A stretch of DNA of 64,000 nt from an uncultured Aliarcobacter sp. (GTDB lineage Bacteria > Campylobacterota > Campylobacteria > Campylobacterales > Arcobacteraceae). The position numbers were made by a program, and so were the translations under genes. Below are positions 1 to 10,062 of this stretch, in pieces (within the stretch, counting starts at the first letter, position 1; each line of letters opens with the position of its first letter). Location: NCBI GenBank assembly GCA_963664305.2, contig CAXXLV010000002.1, positions 1,216,001 through 1,280,000 on the forward strand, in the 5' to 3' direction. The notes beneath the pieces are model-generated. The model saw only the letters and a program-made list of their open reading frames with translations, made no database searches and had not been told where the DNA came from.

Positions 1-431
1 ATCTCTTTATTTGCAAGTTTATAAACACCTTGTTCTATTTGAATCTTTATTTTTTTGATTTCAAGTAAAGTATCATAAATAGATTCTAAAATTTGAGAAT
101 TTTCATTTTCCCAAGATAATAAATCATAATTCAATTTATCTTTAGCATACTGAATAGTAAACTCTATTCCCCCTGATTCATAAATACTCTGTGTAAATCC
201 TAAAGATACACTTTTTGAGAATTTATCACTATCGGTTGAAAATGAATGGCTTCTATTCAAACCAGAACTAAGGTTAATAGGAGAAATCCAATCATTTTTA
301 TTTGTTTCATAATTAGATTCAATATATTTCTTTTCTAATTCTCTTGTCTCTTTTTTATCTTTTTGCAATATTTCTAAATTATTTGCAAAGGCTAAACTAC
401 AAAACAATGAACATACAATAATTTTACGCAA
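1..431 (-). CDS. Probable TolC-family outer membrane protein, N-terminal part (runs off window)
   Basis: Manual translation from TTG at 431 after AAGGA RBS: MRKIIVCSLFCSLAFANNLEILQ...NDWISPINL...GFTQSIYESGGI; signal peptide, open to window edge. Confidence 0.6.
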   Translation of the reverse strand, partial: MRKIIVCSLFCSLAFANNLEILQKDKKETRELEKKYIESNYETNKNDWISPINLSSGLNRSHSFSTDSDKFSKSVSLGFTQSIYESGGIEFTIQYAKDKLNYDLLSWENENSQILESIYDTLLEIKKIKIQIEQGVYKLANKE

Positions 432-519
432 CTTATTTCCTTTCATTTTTATCAATCGAAATTTTATATCAGCTTTTTTAATGATTTTTTAACAAAATAT
501 TAATTCTTTATTTCAATTA

Positions 520-534
520 AGATAATTATTATCA
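520..534. promoter_or_regulatory. Fur box upstream of exbB-exbD-tonB
   Basis: AGATAATTATTATCA matches the 7-1-7 tGATAATnATTATCa consensus at 14/15 positions; context is an iron-uptake energiser operon. Confidence 0.75.
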
Positions 535-580
535 ATATTATATTAAAATTTTCATAATAAAATGCAAAGGATAAAAAATT

Positions 581-1015
581 ATGGATAGTATGAATATAGA
601 AACTCTTAAACATTTAGTAGATTATGGGGTAATATCTCTATTAGTTTTAATGAGTTTCATAGCTGTTTGGTTTTTTATTGAAAGAATTATTTTTTATAAA
701 AAAATCAATATAAAAAACTACAAAAATAAAAAACAATTAGATGTTGCATTAACAAAACATCTAACAATCATAGGAACAATAGCTTCTAATTCTCCTTATA
801 TTGGATTACTTGGAACTGTTTTAGCAATTATGCTTACATTTATGACAATGGGAAGTGGAGATATTGATGCAGCAAAAATCATGGAATCTTTAGCATTAGC
901 TTTAAAAGCAACTGCTGTTGGATTAGTTGTAGCTATAACATCAATGGTGTTTTATAATATTTTGGGAAGATACGCAGAAGTTTTGGAGAGTTTATATGAA
1001 GCTGAAGAAATATGA
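581..1015 (+). CDS. exbB: TonB system energiser ExbB (short type)
   Basis: SPYIGLLGTV and ALKATAVGL MotA/TolQ/ExbB motifs. Confidence 0.93.
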   Translation: MDSMNIETLKHLVDYGVISLLVLMSFIAVWFFIERIIFYKKINIKNYKNKKQLDVALTKHLTIIGTIASNSPYIGLLGTVLAIMLTFMTMGSGDIDAAKIMESLALALKATAVGLVVAITSMVFYNILGRYAEVLESLYEAEEI

Positions 1016-1373
1016 TTCAATAAATGTAATCCCATTTATTGATGTTTTATTAGTACTTTTAGCTATAGTTTTATTAACTTCTACTTTTATTACAAGAGGG
1101 ATAATACCTATATCGTTGCCAAGTGCTTCAAGTGCAGACCAATTAAAACCAAATAAAGAGATTATTTTAGTTATACAAGAAAATGGTGAATTATTTTTTG
1201 AAGATAGAATAGAAACTTTAGAAAATATTGAAAAGATAATTTTACAATCAGTAAAAGAGACTCCTATTCATATTAATACAGACAAAAATACAAAATTTGA
1301 GTCATTTGTTGAAGTTCTTGATATGTTGAAAAAAAACCATTATTCTAATGTATCGATTGTGACAAAAAAATGA
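996..1373 (+). CDS. exbD: ExbD
   Basis: INVIPFIDVLLVLL motif; follows exbB. Confidence 0.93.
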   Translation: MKLKKYDSINVIPFIDVLLVLLAIVLLTSTFITRGIIPISLPSASSADQLKPNKEIILVIQENGELFFEDRIETLENIEKIILQSVKETPIHINTDKNTKFESFVEVLDMLKKNHYSNVSIVTKK

Positions 1374-2107
1374 GTAGACAAACTAAACACAGATATTTAA
1401 ACTCATTTTTTATGGCAACTTCAATATATTTGATTGCATCATTTTTTTTATTTTATGTTTTCGCAGATACTTTAATAGTTCCACCTAAAGAAGAAACTGT
1501 AAAAACTATTTCTTTACAACATGTTGCTTTAAAAGAAGAACCAACTCCTCCACAAGCAGAACCTGAACCTGTTGTGGAAGAAAAACCTGAACCTGAACCA
1601 ATTGTTGAAAAACCAACTCCAATTCAGAAAAAAATTGAAAAGCCAAAACCAAAAAAAGAAAAAGTTGAACATAAAAAAATTGATAAACCAAAACCTATTG
1701 AAAAACCAATAGAAAAAGTTGAACAAAAAACTGAAGTTATACCTGTTCCAGAAGCAAAACCAGTTGAAGCACTTCCATCAAAACCAATGATGAGTGCAAG
1801 TGAAATAGAAAGTATTGAATCAGAATATCTATCAAAAGTTAGATTTCATATAGAAAAAAATAAAACTTATCCTAAAATTGCAAAAAGATTAAATCAAAGT
1901 GGAAAAGTACATGTTACTTTCTTAATCTTAAAAGATGGGAAAATAAAACATTGTAAAGTTCATAAAAGTTCAAATTTTGAGAGTTTAGACAATGCAGCAA
2001 TTGAGATATTTGATAAGATTTCTAGTTTTGAACCTATTCCAGAAAAATTAGATAAAAACTCTTGGGAAATTACTGTTCCAATAGTTTATCAAATTACAAG
2101 AAATTAA
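1370..2107 (+). CDS. tonB: Energy transducer TonB
   Basis: N-terminal TM, EP/KP-rich linker, YP..A C-terminal TonB domain. Confidence 0.92.
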   Translation: MSRQTKHRYLNSFFMATSIYLIASFFLFYVFADTLIVPPKEETVKTISLQHVALKEEPTPPQAEPEPVVEEKPEPEPIVEKPTPIQKKIEKPKPKKEKVEHKKIDKPKPIEKPIEKVEQKTEVIPVPEAKPVEALPSKPMMSASEIESIESEYLSKVRFHIEKNKTYPKIAKRLNQSGKVHVTFLILKDGKIKHCKVHKSSNFESLDNAAIEIFDKISSFEPIPEKLDKNSWEITVPIVYQITRN

Positions 2108-2132
2108 AATAATGGGAAATTCCCATTATTTT
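2106..2132. terminator. Bidirectional terminator between convergent tonB and pepA
   Basis: Inverted repeat AAAATAATGGGAA-A-TTCCCATTATTTT. Confidence 0.75.
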
Positions 2133-3550
2133 TAATCTTCTAATAAATCTTTTAAGAATCCAATAGTTGTTCTAACACCTGCTCCACTTGCACCATGTGC
2201 ATTGTATCCCCAAGTTTTTTCAACATATGCAGGTCCAGCTATATCAAAATGAACCCATTTATTTTTATTTTCATCATAAATAAAGTTATCTAAAAACATA
2301 CCTGCTGTTATTGCTCCACCATATCTAGTATTTGCAACATTACAAACATCTGCAATTTCAGATTTTATTGTTTTTCTCAGAAATCTATTAAAATCTAAAC
2401 TTGTTGCATATTCACCAGCTTTTAAGGCACTTGCAACTGCATTTCTTTTTAGAACTTCATTATTTCCCATAACTCCAGTTGTATACTCACCAACTCCAAC
2501 TACACAAGCCCCAGTTAATGTTGCATAATCAAAAATATAATCTATATCTTTTATTTCATCTTGAGCATAACATAAACAATCTGCAAGAACTAATCTTCCT
2601 TCTGCATCAGTATTTCTTACTTCTATTGTTTTCCCGTTTCTTGCAGTTAAAATATCATCAGGTTTATAAGCATTTCCACCTATCATATTTTCAACAGCTC
2701 CAACAATTCCATGAACTTCAAATGAAAGTTCAAGTTTAGCAATAGCCCACATAGTTGAAAGAACTGCACAACCACCTGATTTATCAGCTTTCATAGTTAC
2801 CATAAAATCAGCAGGTTTTAAAGATAATCCACCAGAATCATAAGTTAAACCTTTTCCAACTAAAACAATTTTGAATTTTGGATTTTTTGGTTTATATGTT
2901 AAATGAATTAGTTTTGACTCATGAATAGAAGCTCTTCCAACACTATGCATCGCCATCATTTTATGTTTTTCTAAATAACTTTCTCCATGAATTTCACATT
3001 TGATTTCTACATCTTTTGCTATTTCTTGTGCCATTTTTGCCATAACATCAGGATAGAAATCTGCAGGTGCTGTATTTACCATATTTCTTGCTTTATTAAC
3101 TGCTTTAGCAATAATTTTTGATTCATTTAAAATTGACTCTAATTTTTTAGATTTCTCATTTACAACTAAATCTAATTCAATTTTTTTCTTATCTTTTTCT
3201 GATTTATAATCAACAAATTTATATTGGCCAAGTGCTGCACCTTCAACTAAAGCTTTAAAGTTTTCTTCTAAAGTTTCATCAACTACTATTTTTGCACTTT
3301 TAAAATTTGTTGTTTGAATTTTTTTAATTGCTGTTGCAGTTGCAATTGCAATACATTCATAAGAGTTTTCTTCAAATCCCACATAAATTTTTTTAGATTC
3401 AGCTAATAAAACACAAGATTCATCTTTTGCTTTAAAATCAAGTATTTCTAAAACTTCTTTATCTTCAGTTAAACTCTCTAAATCTTTTACAAGAATTATT
3501 TCTACTTCTGAACTAACTTTTTCATTTTTTTCTACTAAATTAATCTTCAT
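2132..3550 (-). CDS. pepA: Leucyl aminopeptidase (M17)
   Basis: GKGLTYDSGG and NTDAEGRL motifs. Confidence 0.95.
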   Translation of the reverse strand: MKINLVEKNEKVSSEVEIILVKDLESLTEDKEVLEILDFKAKDESCVLLAESKKIYVGFEENSYECIAIATATAIKKIQTTNFKSAKIVVDETLEENFKALVEGAALGQYKFVDYKSEKDKKKIELDLVVNEKSKKLESILNESKIIAKAVNKARNMVNTAPADFYPDVMAKMAQEIAKDVEIKCEIHGESYLEKHKMMAMHSVGRASIHESKLIHLTYKPKNPKFKIVLVGKGLTYDSGGLSLKPADFMVTMKADKSGGCAVLSTMWAIAKLELSFEVHGIVGAVENMIGGNAYKPDDILTARNGKTIEVRNTDAEGRLVLADCLCYAQDEIKDIDYIFDYATLTGACVVGVGEYTTGVMGNNEVLKRNAVASALKAGEYATSLDFNRFLRKTIKSEIADVCNVANTRYGGAITAGMFLDNFIYDENKNKWVHFDIAGPAYVEKTWGYNAHGASGAGVRTTIGFLKDLLED

Positions 3551-4241
3551 TTTGACCTCTTTTTTCTACTCTTTTTGTAGCTTTATTGATATAGTAAATA
3601 ATACTACCACCAAATATTACAGCAATTGGAATTGCTAAATACCAATGCTCTTTAGCCCACTCTAAAACAACCAAAATTTCATTTCCAAAATACCAAACTG
3701 GCACTATTGTAATAGCAGCCCAACACCAAGCTGACATTAAATTTATAAACGCAAACATTTTAGCACTATATCTTGTAAGACCAATTGAAATAGGGATTAC
3801 AGTTCTCATTCCATACATATATCTTTGTACAAAAATAATTGGCCAACCATGTTTTTTTAATAAAAGATGAGCTAATGCAAATTTTCTTCTTTGACTTTTA
3901 AATTTTTTATGAACATAAGATTTATTAAATCTTCCTATATAAAAATATACTTGATCTCCTGCAAATCCACCAAGACCTGCAACAAAAATTGCAATGTATA
4001 AATTCATATCTCCTGTATGAGATAACAATCCAGCCATAATAAGACCAGCTTCACCTTCTAGCATACCCCATGCAAAAAGTATTATATATCCATATTTTTT
4101 CAATAAATAAATAAATTTCTCTTCAAAACCATCAACTGGTGCTTGATATAAATTATATGCTAAAAAAGAGAAAAACACTATCAAAAAAATTGTTAGTATT
4201 TTTCCTGAATATGGTTGGATTTTTCTAAAAAGTTCTTTCAC
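3540..4241 (-). CDS. DedA family membrane protein
   Basis: LEGE, GDQVYFYIGR and RYMYGMR DedA motifs. Confidence 0.88.
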   Translation of the reverse strand: MKELFRKIQPYSGKILTIFLIVFFSFLAYNLYQAPVDGFEEKFIYLLKKYGYIILFAWGMLEGEAGLIMAGLLSHTGDMNLYIAIFVAGLGGFAGDQVYFYIGRFNKSYVHKKFKSQRRKFALAHLLLKKHGWPIIFVQRYMYGMRTVIPISIGLTRYSAKMFAFINLMSAWCWAAITIVPVWYFGNEILVVLEWAKEHWYLAIPIAVIFGGSIIYYINKATKRVEKRGQNED

Positions 4242-4253
4242 ATTTTATCCCTA

Positions 4254-5462
4254 CTATTTAAAATCTAACAAACTTTTTGCTTGAACCATATCTTTATCTC
4301 CACGTCCTGATAAATTTATGATTACTGTCTTTCCTTTTAATTTTTCTTTTGCTTTCTTTAAATATGCAACTGCATGTGATGATTCAAAAGCAGGAATAAT
4401 TCCCTCTTTTCTACTTAACCAAACAAAAGCTTCTAAAGCTTCTTCATCAGTTATAGAATCATAACTTACTGATTTGTTATCTTTATGAAAAGAGTGTTCT
4501 GGTCCAATTCCAGGATAATCAAGTCCTGCACTAATTGAGTGAGCTTCTAAAACTTGTCCATCTTCATCTTGTAATAAATATGAACATTGCCCATGAAGTA
4601 CTCCTGGACTTCCTTTTTCTAAAGAACATCCATGTTTATCAGTATCTAACCCTAAACCACCTGCTTCAATACCAATACAAGTTACTTCTTTATCTTCTAA
4701 AAAATGTGAGAACATACCAATTGCATTTGATCCACCACCAATACATGCAACAACATAATCAGGAAGTTTTCCCTCTTTTTCAAGAATTTGTTTTCTTGCT
4801 TCATAACCAATGACTGCTTGAAAATCTCTAACCATCATAGGATAAGGATGAGGACCTGCAACTGTTCCAATTATATAAAAAGTATCCCTTGCATTTGTAA
4901 CCCAATATCTAATAGCATCATTCATTGCATCTTTTAACGTTTTGCTTCCACTTTCAACTGCAATTACTTTTGCACCTAAAAGTTTCATTCTAAATACATT
5001 TAATTCTTGTCTAGCAACATCTTTTGCACCCATAAATACCGTACATTCTAATCCCATTAAAGCTGCAATTGTAGCAGTTGCAACACCATGTTGCCCTGCT
5101 CCTGTTTCTGCAATTACCTTTGTTTTACCCATTTTTTTAGCAAGTAAGCCTTGAGCAATTACGTTATTTACTTTATGAGCACCCGTATGATTTAAATCTT
5201 CTCTTTTTAAATAAACTTTTGCACCAATTTCTTCAGAGATATTTTTAGCAAAATATAAAGGATTTTCTCTTCCTACATAATCTTTTAATAATGCATTTAC
5301 TTCTGCCCAAAACTCTTCATCAAATCTATATTTTTTATATTCAGCTTCTAACTCTTTTAAAATTGGCATTAGTGTTTCAGGAACATATTGCCCACCAAAA
5401 ATACCAAATTGTCCTTTAGCATCAGGATCAAAAATACTAGGTTTTGGAATATAATTACTCAT
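4254..5462 (-). CDS. trpB: Tryptophan synthase beta chain
   Basis: HTGAHK PLP lysine, [14 protein letters not shown]. Confidence 0.97.
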   Translation of the reverse strand: MSNYIPKPSIFDPDAKGQFGIFGGQYVPETLMPILKELEAEYKKYRFDEEFWAEVNALLKDYVGRENPLYFAKNISEEIGAKVYLKREDLNHTGAHKVNNVIAQGLLAKKMGKTKVIAETGAGQHGVATATIAALMGLECTVFMGAKDVARQELNVFRMKLLGAKVIAVESGSKTLKDAMNDAIRYWVTNARDTFYIIGTVAGPHPYPMMVRDFQAVIGYEARKQILEKEGKLPDYVVACIGGGSNAIGMFSHFLEDKEVTCIGIEAGGLGLDTDKHGCSLEKGSPGVLHGQCSYLLQDEDGQVLEAHSISAGLDYPGIGPEHSFHKDNKSVSYDSITDEEALEAFVWLSRKEGIIPAFESSHAVAYLKKAKEKLKGKTVIINLSGRGDKDMVQAKSLLDFK

Positions 5463-5477
5463 TAATTTCTCTTTTTA

Positions 5478-6035
5478 TTAAATTTCTAATACAGAATAAA
5501 CAGGTGCAACTTCACTTAATTTTTTTGCACCATTTAAAATATGAATGTTCATTAAAAAACACATTTCAACTAAATTTACATCAAGTTTTTTGATTAAATT
5601 TGCAGCAGCATATGCAGTTCCACCGCTTACAATAATATCATCAATTAATAAAACATTTGCATTTTTTTGATGATTAAAAGCATCAAGGTGTAATTCAACT
5701 TCATCAAAACCATATTCTAATTCATATTTTTCACATACAGTTGTACTTGGAAGTTTACCTTTTTTTCTAACAGGAACAAATCCTATTCCTAATCTATCAG
5801 CAAGTGCTGCTCCAAAAATAAATCCTCGTGAGTCAATTCCTGCTATATAATCTAAGTTATAAGATTTATATCTATCTTCTAAATGATTCATCAATAATTG
5901 AAATGCTTCTTTATTATTTAACAAAGTTGTAATATCTTTAAATATAATTCCAGCTTTTGGAAAATCTTTTATACTTCTAATTGAATCTAATAATATTTTT
6001 TTACTATTTTCGTCTAATATCTTATTTTCACCCAA
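5478..6035 (-). CDS. apt: Adenine phosphoribosyltransferase
   Basis: [23 protein letters not shown] and PRPP motif [11 protein letters not shown]. Confidence 0.93.
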   Translation of the reverse strand: MGENKILDENSKKILLDSIRSIKDFPKAGIIFKDITTLLNNKEAFQLLMNHLEDRYKSYNLDYIAGIDSRGFIFGAALADRLGIGFVPVRKKGKLPSTTVCEKYELEYGFDEVELHLDAFNHQKNANVLLIDDIIVSGGTAYAAANLIKKLDVNLVEMCFLMNIHILNGAKKLSEVAPVYSVLEI

Positions 6036-6169
6036 TTTAAGTCCTTTTATATCTATTTTCTTGTGAAAAGTGGTTAATTTTAGCTAAATAATTATTATGA
6101 TTTTATGATGTTTTCAAAATATTTAAGAATATTATAAATATAATATTTTAAATTATTTAAAGGTTTATT

Positions 6170-6970
6170 ATGAAACTTTTACTCATTTTTTTACTTTCTT
6201 GTTCACTTTTTTCTTTTGATTTACAAAAAGTGAATATTTATGATGAAAAAAAACATAATATAAATAATTGGTATATGAGTGAAAAACTTGATGGAATAAG
6301 AGCATATTGGAACGGAAAAGAACTATTAAGTAAAAATGGAAATAAGATTTTCGCTCCAACTTGGTTTATAAAAGATTTTCCTTCTTTTGAACTTGATGGT
6401 GAACTTTGGACAAAAAGAGATGATTTTGAAAATATTCAAAACATTGTTTTAGATACAAATCCAACAGAAGATTGGAAAAAAATCACATACAATATTTTTG
6501 AACTACCTAACTCAAAAGGGAATTTTCCTAAAAGACTAGAAAAATTAGAAAATTGGTTAATAAAAAATCCAAACAATTATATAAAAATCATTCCTCAAAT
6601 AATTTGTAAAGATAAAACTCATTTAAATAATTATCTAAAAGAATTAATTGAAAGAAAAGCTGAAGGTATCATAATAAAAAATCCAAATTTAGAGTATCAG
6701 ACAGAAAAAAACAATAATCTTTTGAAAGTAAAAACATTTTTGGATGATGAAGCCATAGTTATAAATCACAATCTCAAAAACAACAAATTTAAAAGTTTAG
6801 TTGTGAAATTAAAAAATGACGTTACATTTAATTTAGGAGGAGGATTTTCAGATAATGAAAAAATTAATCCACCTAAAATTGGAGAAATCATTACCTATAA
6901 ATATTATGGTTTAACAAAAAATGGTAAACCTAAATTTGCTTCATTTTTAAGAGTAAGAAAAAATGAATAA
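6170..6970 (+). CDS. Minimal ATP-dependent DNA ligase with signal peptide (LigE type)
   Basis: SEKLDGIR motif I, LDGELW, EGIIIK, LLKVK; hydrophobic N-terminal leader. Confidence 0.88.
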   Translation: MKLLLIFLLSCSLFSFDLQKVNIYDEKKHNINNWYMSEKLDGIRAYWNGKELLSKNGNKIFAPTWFIKDFPSFELDGELWTKRDDFENIQNIVLDTNPTEDWKKITYNIFELPNSKGNFPKRLEKLENWLIKNPNNYIKIIPQIICKDKTHLNNYLKELIERKAEGIIIKNPNLEYQTEKNNNLLKVKTFLDDEAIVINHNLKNNKFKSLVVKLKNDVTFNLGGGFSDNEKINPPKIGEIITYKYYGLTKNGKPKFASFLRVRKNE

Positions 6971-6973
6971 AAC

Positions 6974-7372
6974 TTAGTATAATTCATAAGTTTTAGAAAT
7001 TAAACCAGAATCTCTCAACTTTGCACAAATTGTTGTTTCTTTTGTAGTATCAACAACTAATTCTATTGTTTTTTCTCCACTATCAGAACTTTTAACTTCC
7101 AATGATAAACAACTGTTTTTATCTTCCATTTTTAAGTCGCTAATAATCCAATTTGAATCATTTAAATTCATTGTATCACTTAATTTTTCTATTTTTTGAT
7201 TGAGTAAATAATAACTTTGGATTGAGTTTATTGCAGTATTTATATCTCTTTTTATAGTTGAAACTAATGCACTATCTTTTGTGTCCATATATTTTGGAAC
7301 TGCAAATGATGCAATTATTCCTAAAATCACTATTGCAAAAATTAACTCAAGTAAAGAAAATGCAGTTTTCAT
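6974..7372 (-). CDS. Prepilin/pseudopilin-like protein
   Basis: AFSLLELIFAIVILGIIA class III signal with E+5. Confidence 0.85.
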   Translation of the reverse strand: MKTAFSLLELIFAIVILGIIASFAVPKYMDTKDSALVSTIKRDINTAINSIQSYYLLNQKIEKLSDTMNLNDSNWIISDLKMEDKNSCLSLEVKSSDSGEKTIELVVDTTKETTICAKLRDSGLISKTYELY

Positions 7373-7445
7373 AACAAAATCCTTTAAATAATAATTTAAA
7401 AGATTATAATTTGTTATTTCTTAAAATAATATTATTAATTATTTA

Positions 7446-8888
7446 TTATAAAATATCAGGAATATCTATATTTGTCTCTTTTTCCACATCAGCAACATTT
7501 TCAAAAATTACTTCAATTGGAGCTGCACTATTTTCATTTTCTTTATCAACAAATCGTGTAAGTGCTTTTTGGAAATCTAGTTTTACTGTCCCAATAGGAC
7601 CATTTCTTTGTTTTCCAATTATAACTTCAGCTTCTTCTACTGGTTTATTTATAAACTTAGATTTATAATCTTCACCTTTATCTTTAGCTTCTTTTTCTTT
7701 TTTTGCTTCTTCTCTTTCTTTATAAACATCATCTCTATAAACAAACATGATAATATCAGCATCTTGCTCAATAGCTCCAGATTCCCTTAAATCACTTAAC
7801 ATTGGTCTTTTATCTGGTCTATTTTCAAGTCCCCTATTCAACTGAGAAAGTGCAATAATAGGAATTTTCATCTCCCTTGCAAGCATTTTTAAACCTCTTG
7901 AAATATCAGAAACCTCTTGGTGTCTATCTTTATTTCCTGTTCCTTGCATAAGTTGAAGATAATCGATGATTACAAGTCTTATATTATTTGCCTCATTTTG
8001 AGCTAATTTTCGCACCCTTGCTCTTAATTGATTGATATTTATACTTCCACCATCGTCAACAAAAAGTTTCTTTTTATTTAAATCATCAAAAGCTGCACTT
8101 AAATTTGACCATTGAGAATCATCCATATCACCTTTTCTAAGATTTTGTAATGGTATTGAAGTTTTTGCAGATAACATCCTTAACATCAATTGTTCTGCTG
8201 GCATCTCTAGAGAGAAAAATATTACACCACTTCCTCTTTCTACATTTTTTAAAGCCATATTAAGTACTAATGCAGTTTTTCCCATTGCTGGCCTTGCAGC
8301 AATAATTATCAAATCCCCTTCATTAAAACCAGTTGTTCTTCTATCAAGTGCCTCAAAACCAGTTGTTTCACCAATAAGATGTTTATTTCCAAGTTTTTTC
8401 ATCTTTTCAATATATGAAAGGGTATCACTTGTAATAGTATTCATATCTTTTAATTCAGAAGTTGCACTATCAGTTGAGATTTTATAAAGTTCACCTTGAA
8501 TAGTATCAAGTGCTTCATTTGCACTAACTTCTTCTTCAATAGCTACCTTTTTTATTGTAGTTGCTAGAGTTGCTAGTTCACGTTTAACTGAACCATCTTT
8601 TATTTCTCGTACATAAGCTAAAGTATTTGTAATTGGATTTGCTGATAAAATTTCAAGTAATATAGAATCATCTACATCTTTAGAATCAAGTCTTTTTCTT
8701 ATAAACTCTTCATCAATTGGCATATCATCATTATGAAGTTTCACCATTACTTCAAAGATTTTTTTATGAGCAGGAAGATAAAAATCTTTAGGTTTTAAAA
8801 CACCTAAAACATCTTCCAATTCTTCTGGATTAAATAAAATTGAACTTAATACAGCTCTTTCAATGTTTATACTATATACACTATCCAT
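7446..8888 (-). CDS. dnaB: Replicative DNA helicase
   Basis: AARPAMGKT, IDYLQL, SQLNR, LRESGAIEQDAD. Confidence 0.97.
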   Translation of the reverse strand: MDSVYSINIERAVLSSILFNPEELEDVLGVLKPKDFYLPAHKKIFEVMVKLHNDDMPIDEEFIRKRLDSKDVDDSILLEILSANPITNTLAYVREIKDGSVKRELATLATTIKKVAIEEEVSANEALDTIQGELYKISTDSATSELKDMNTITSDTLSYIEKMKKLGNKHLIGETTGFEALDRRTTGFNEGDLIIIAARPAMGKTALVLNMALKNVERGSGVIFFSLEMPAEQLMLRMLSAKTSIPLQNLRKGDMDDSQWSNLSAAFDDLNKKKLFVDDGGSININQLRARVRKLAQNEANNIRLVIIDYLQLMQGTGNKDRHQEVSDISRGLKMLAREMKIPIIALSQLNRGLENRPDKRPMLSDLRESGAIEQDADIIMFVYRDDVYKEREEAKKEKEAKDKGEDYKSKFINKPVEEAEVIIGKQRNGPIGTVKLDFQKALTRFVDKENENSAAPIEVIFENVADVEKETNIDIPDIL

Positions 8889-9949
8889 TATTTTCTTTTT
8901 TCTGCTTCAATTTCAACTTCTTGGATGAATCTATTTATAAGTGCATCTCCACTTAATTTTTCAATAATTTCACCCTTTTTCATTACAAGTCCACTACCTT
9001 TTCCAAAGGCAATTGCAACATCTGCACTTTTTGCTTCTCCGATTGCATTAACAACACAACCCATAACTGAAACATCAAGTGGAGTTTTTATGTGAGCAGT
9101 TCTTTTTTCTATTTCAGCAACTGCACTTACTAAATCTGCTTCAATTCTTCCACAAGTAGGACAAGAAACGATATTTAGTCCCTCTTTTGCAATTCCAACA
9201 TCTTTTAAAATTGCTTTTCCAACTTTAATCTCTTCTTCAAGTTCACCAGTCATAGAAACTCTTAAAGTATCACCAATTCCATCAAGTAATAAAGAGCCTA
9301 ATGCAATTGATGATTTAATTGTTGAGTGAAATTGTGTTCCAGCTTCTGTAACACCTAAATGAAATGGATAATTATTTTTAGGTCTTAATAATCTATAAGC
9401 TTCTACAGTTCTTTGAACATCACTAGCTTTTAAAGAAACCTTTAAATTCGTAAATCCTAAATCTTCAAGATATTTGATATTGTACTCAGCTGAGGCTACC
9501 ATTCCTTCTGGAGTTTGACCATATTTATCTTCAAATTGTTTTTCTAAAGAACCTGAATTTACTCCAATTCTAATTGGAATATTTCTTTGTTCGCAAGCTT
9601 TAACAATCTCTTTAACCCTACTTTTTTCTCCAATATTTCCTGGGTTAATTCTAATACAATCCACAACCTCTGCAGCAATTAAAGCAAGCTTATATTTAAA
9701 ATGAATATCTGCAACAAGTGGTAAATCTATTTGAGATTTTATATCTTTTAGTGCATTAGCTGCATCCATGTCAGGAACAGCAACTCTTACTATATCAGCA
9801 CCAGCAAAATGTAATCTTGTTATTTGTTCTACTGTTGCTTTTACATCTGATGTTTTTGAAAAAGTCATTGATTGTACTGGAATTGGTGCATCACCACCAA
9901 TAGGAACATTTCCTACGAATATTTGTTTTGTTGGGTATCTTTTTATCAT
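8888..9949 (-). CDS. ispG: HMBPP synthase
   Basis: VQSMT, RINPGN, SCPTCGR, MGCVVN. Confidence 0.96.
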   Translation of the reverse strand: MIKRYPTKQIFVGNVPIGGDAPIPVQSMTFSKTSDVKATVEQITRLHFAGADIVRVAVPDMDAANALKDIKSQIDLPLVADIHFKYKLALIAAEVVDCIRINPGNIGEKSRVKEIVKACEQRNIPIRIGVNSGSLEKQFEDKYGQTPEGMVASAEYNIKYLEDLGFTNLKVSLKASDVQRTVEAYRLLRPKNNYPFHLGVTEAGTQFHSTIKSSIALGSLLLDGIGDTLRVSMTGELEEEIKVGKAILKDVGIAKEGLNIVSCPTCGRIEADLVSAVAEIEKRTAHIKTPLDVSVMGCVVNAIGEAKSADVAIAFGKGSGLVMKKGEIIEKLSGDALINRFIQEVEIEAEKRK

Positions 9950-10062
9950 AATTGGGATTTTATCACAAAAATATTAATTTAATATGAAAAATATTTAATA
10001 AAACTACAAGAAGTTATTTCCTATAATGATTTAAAATTAATATATAAATAAGTTACTGTTTT

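Noticed and set aside
1500..1790. Repetitive GAACCT/AAACCA tracts and two antisense ORFs
   Set aside because: EP/KP linker of TonB; the antisense ORFs are shadows
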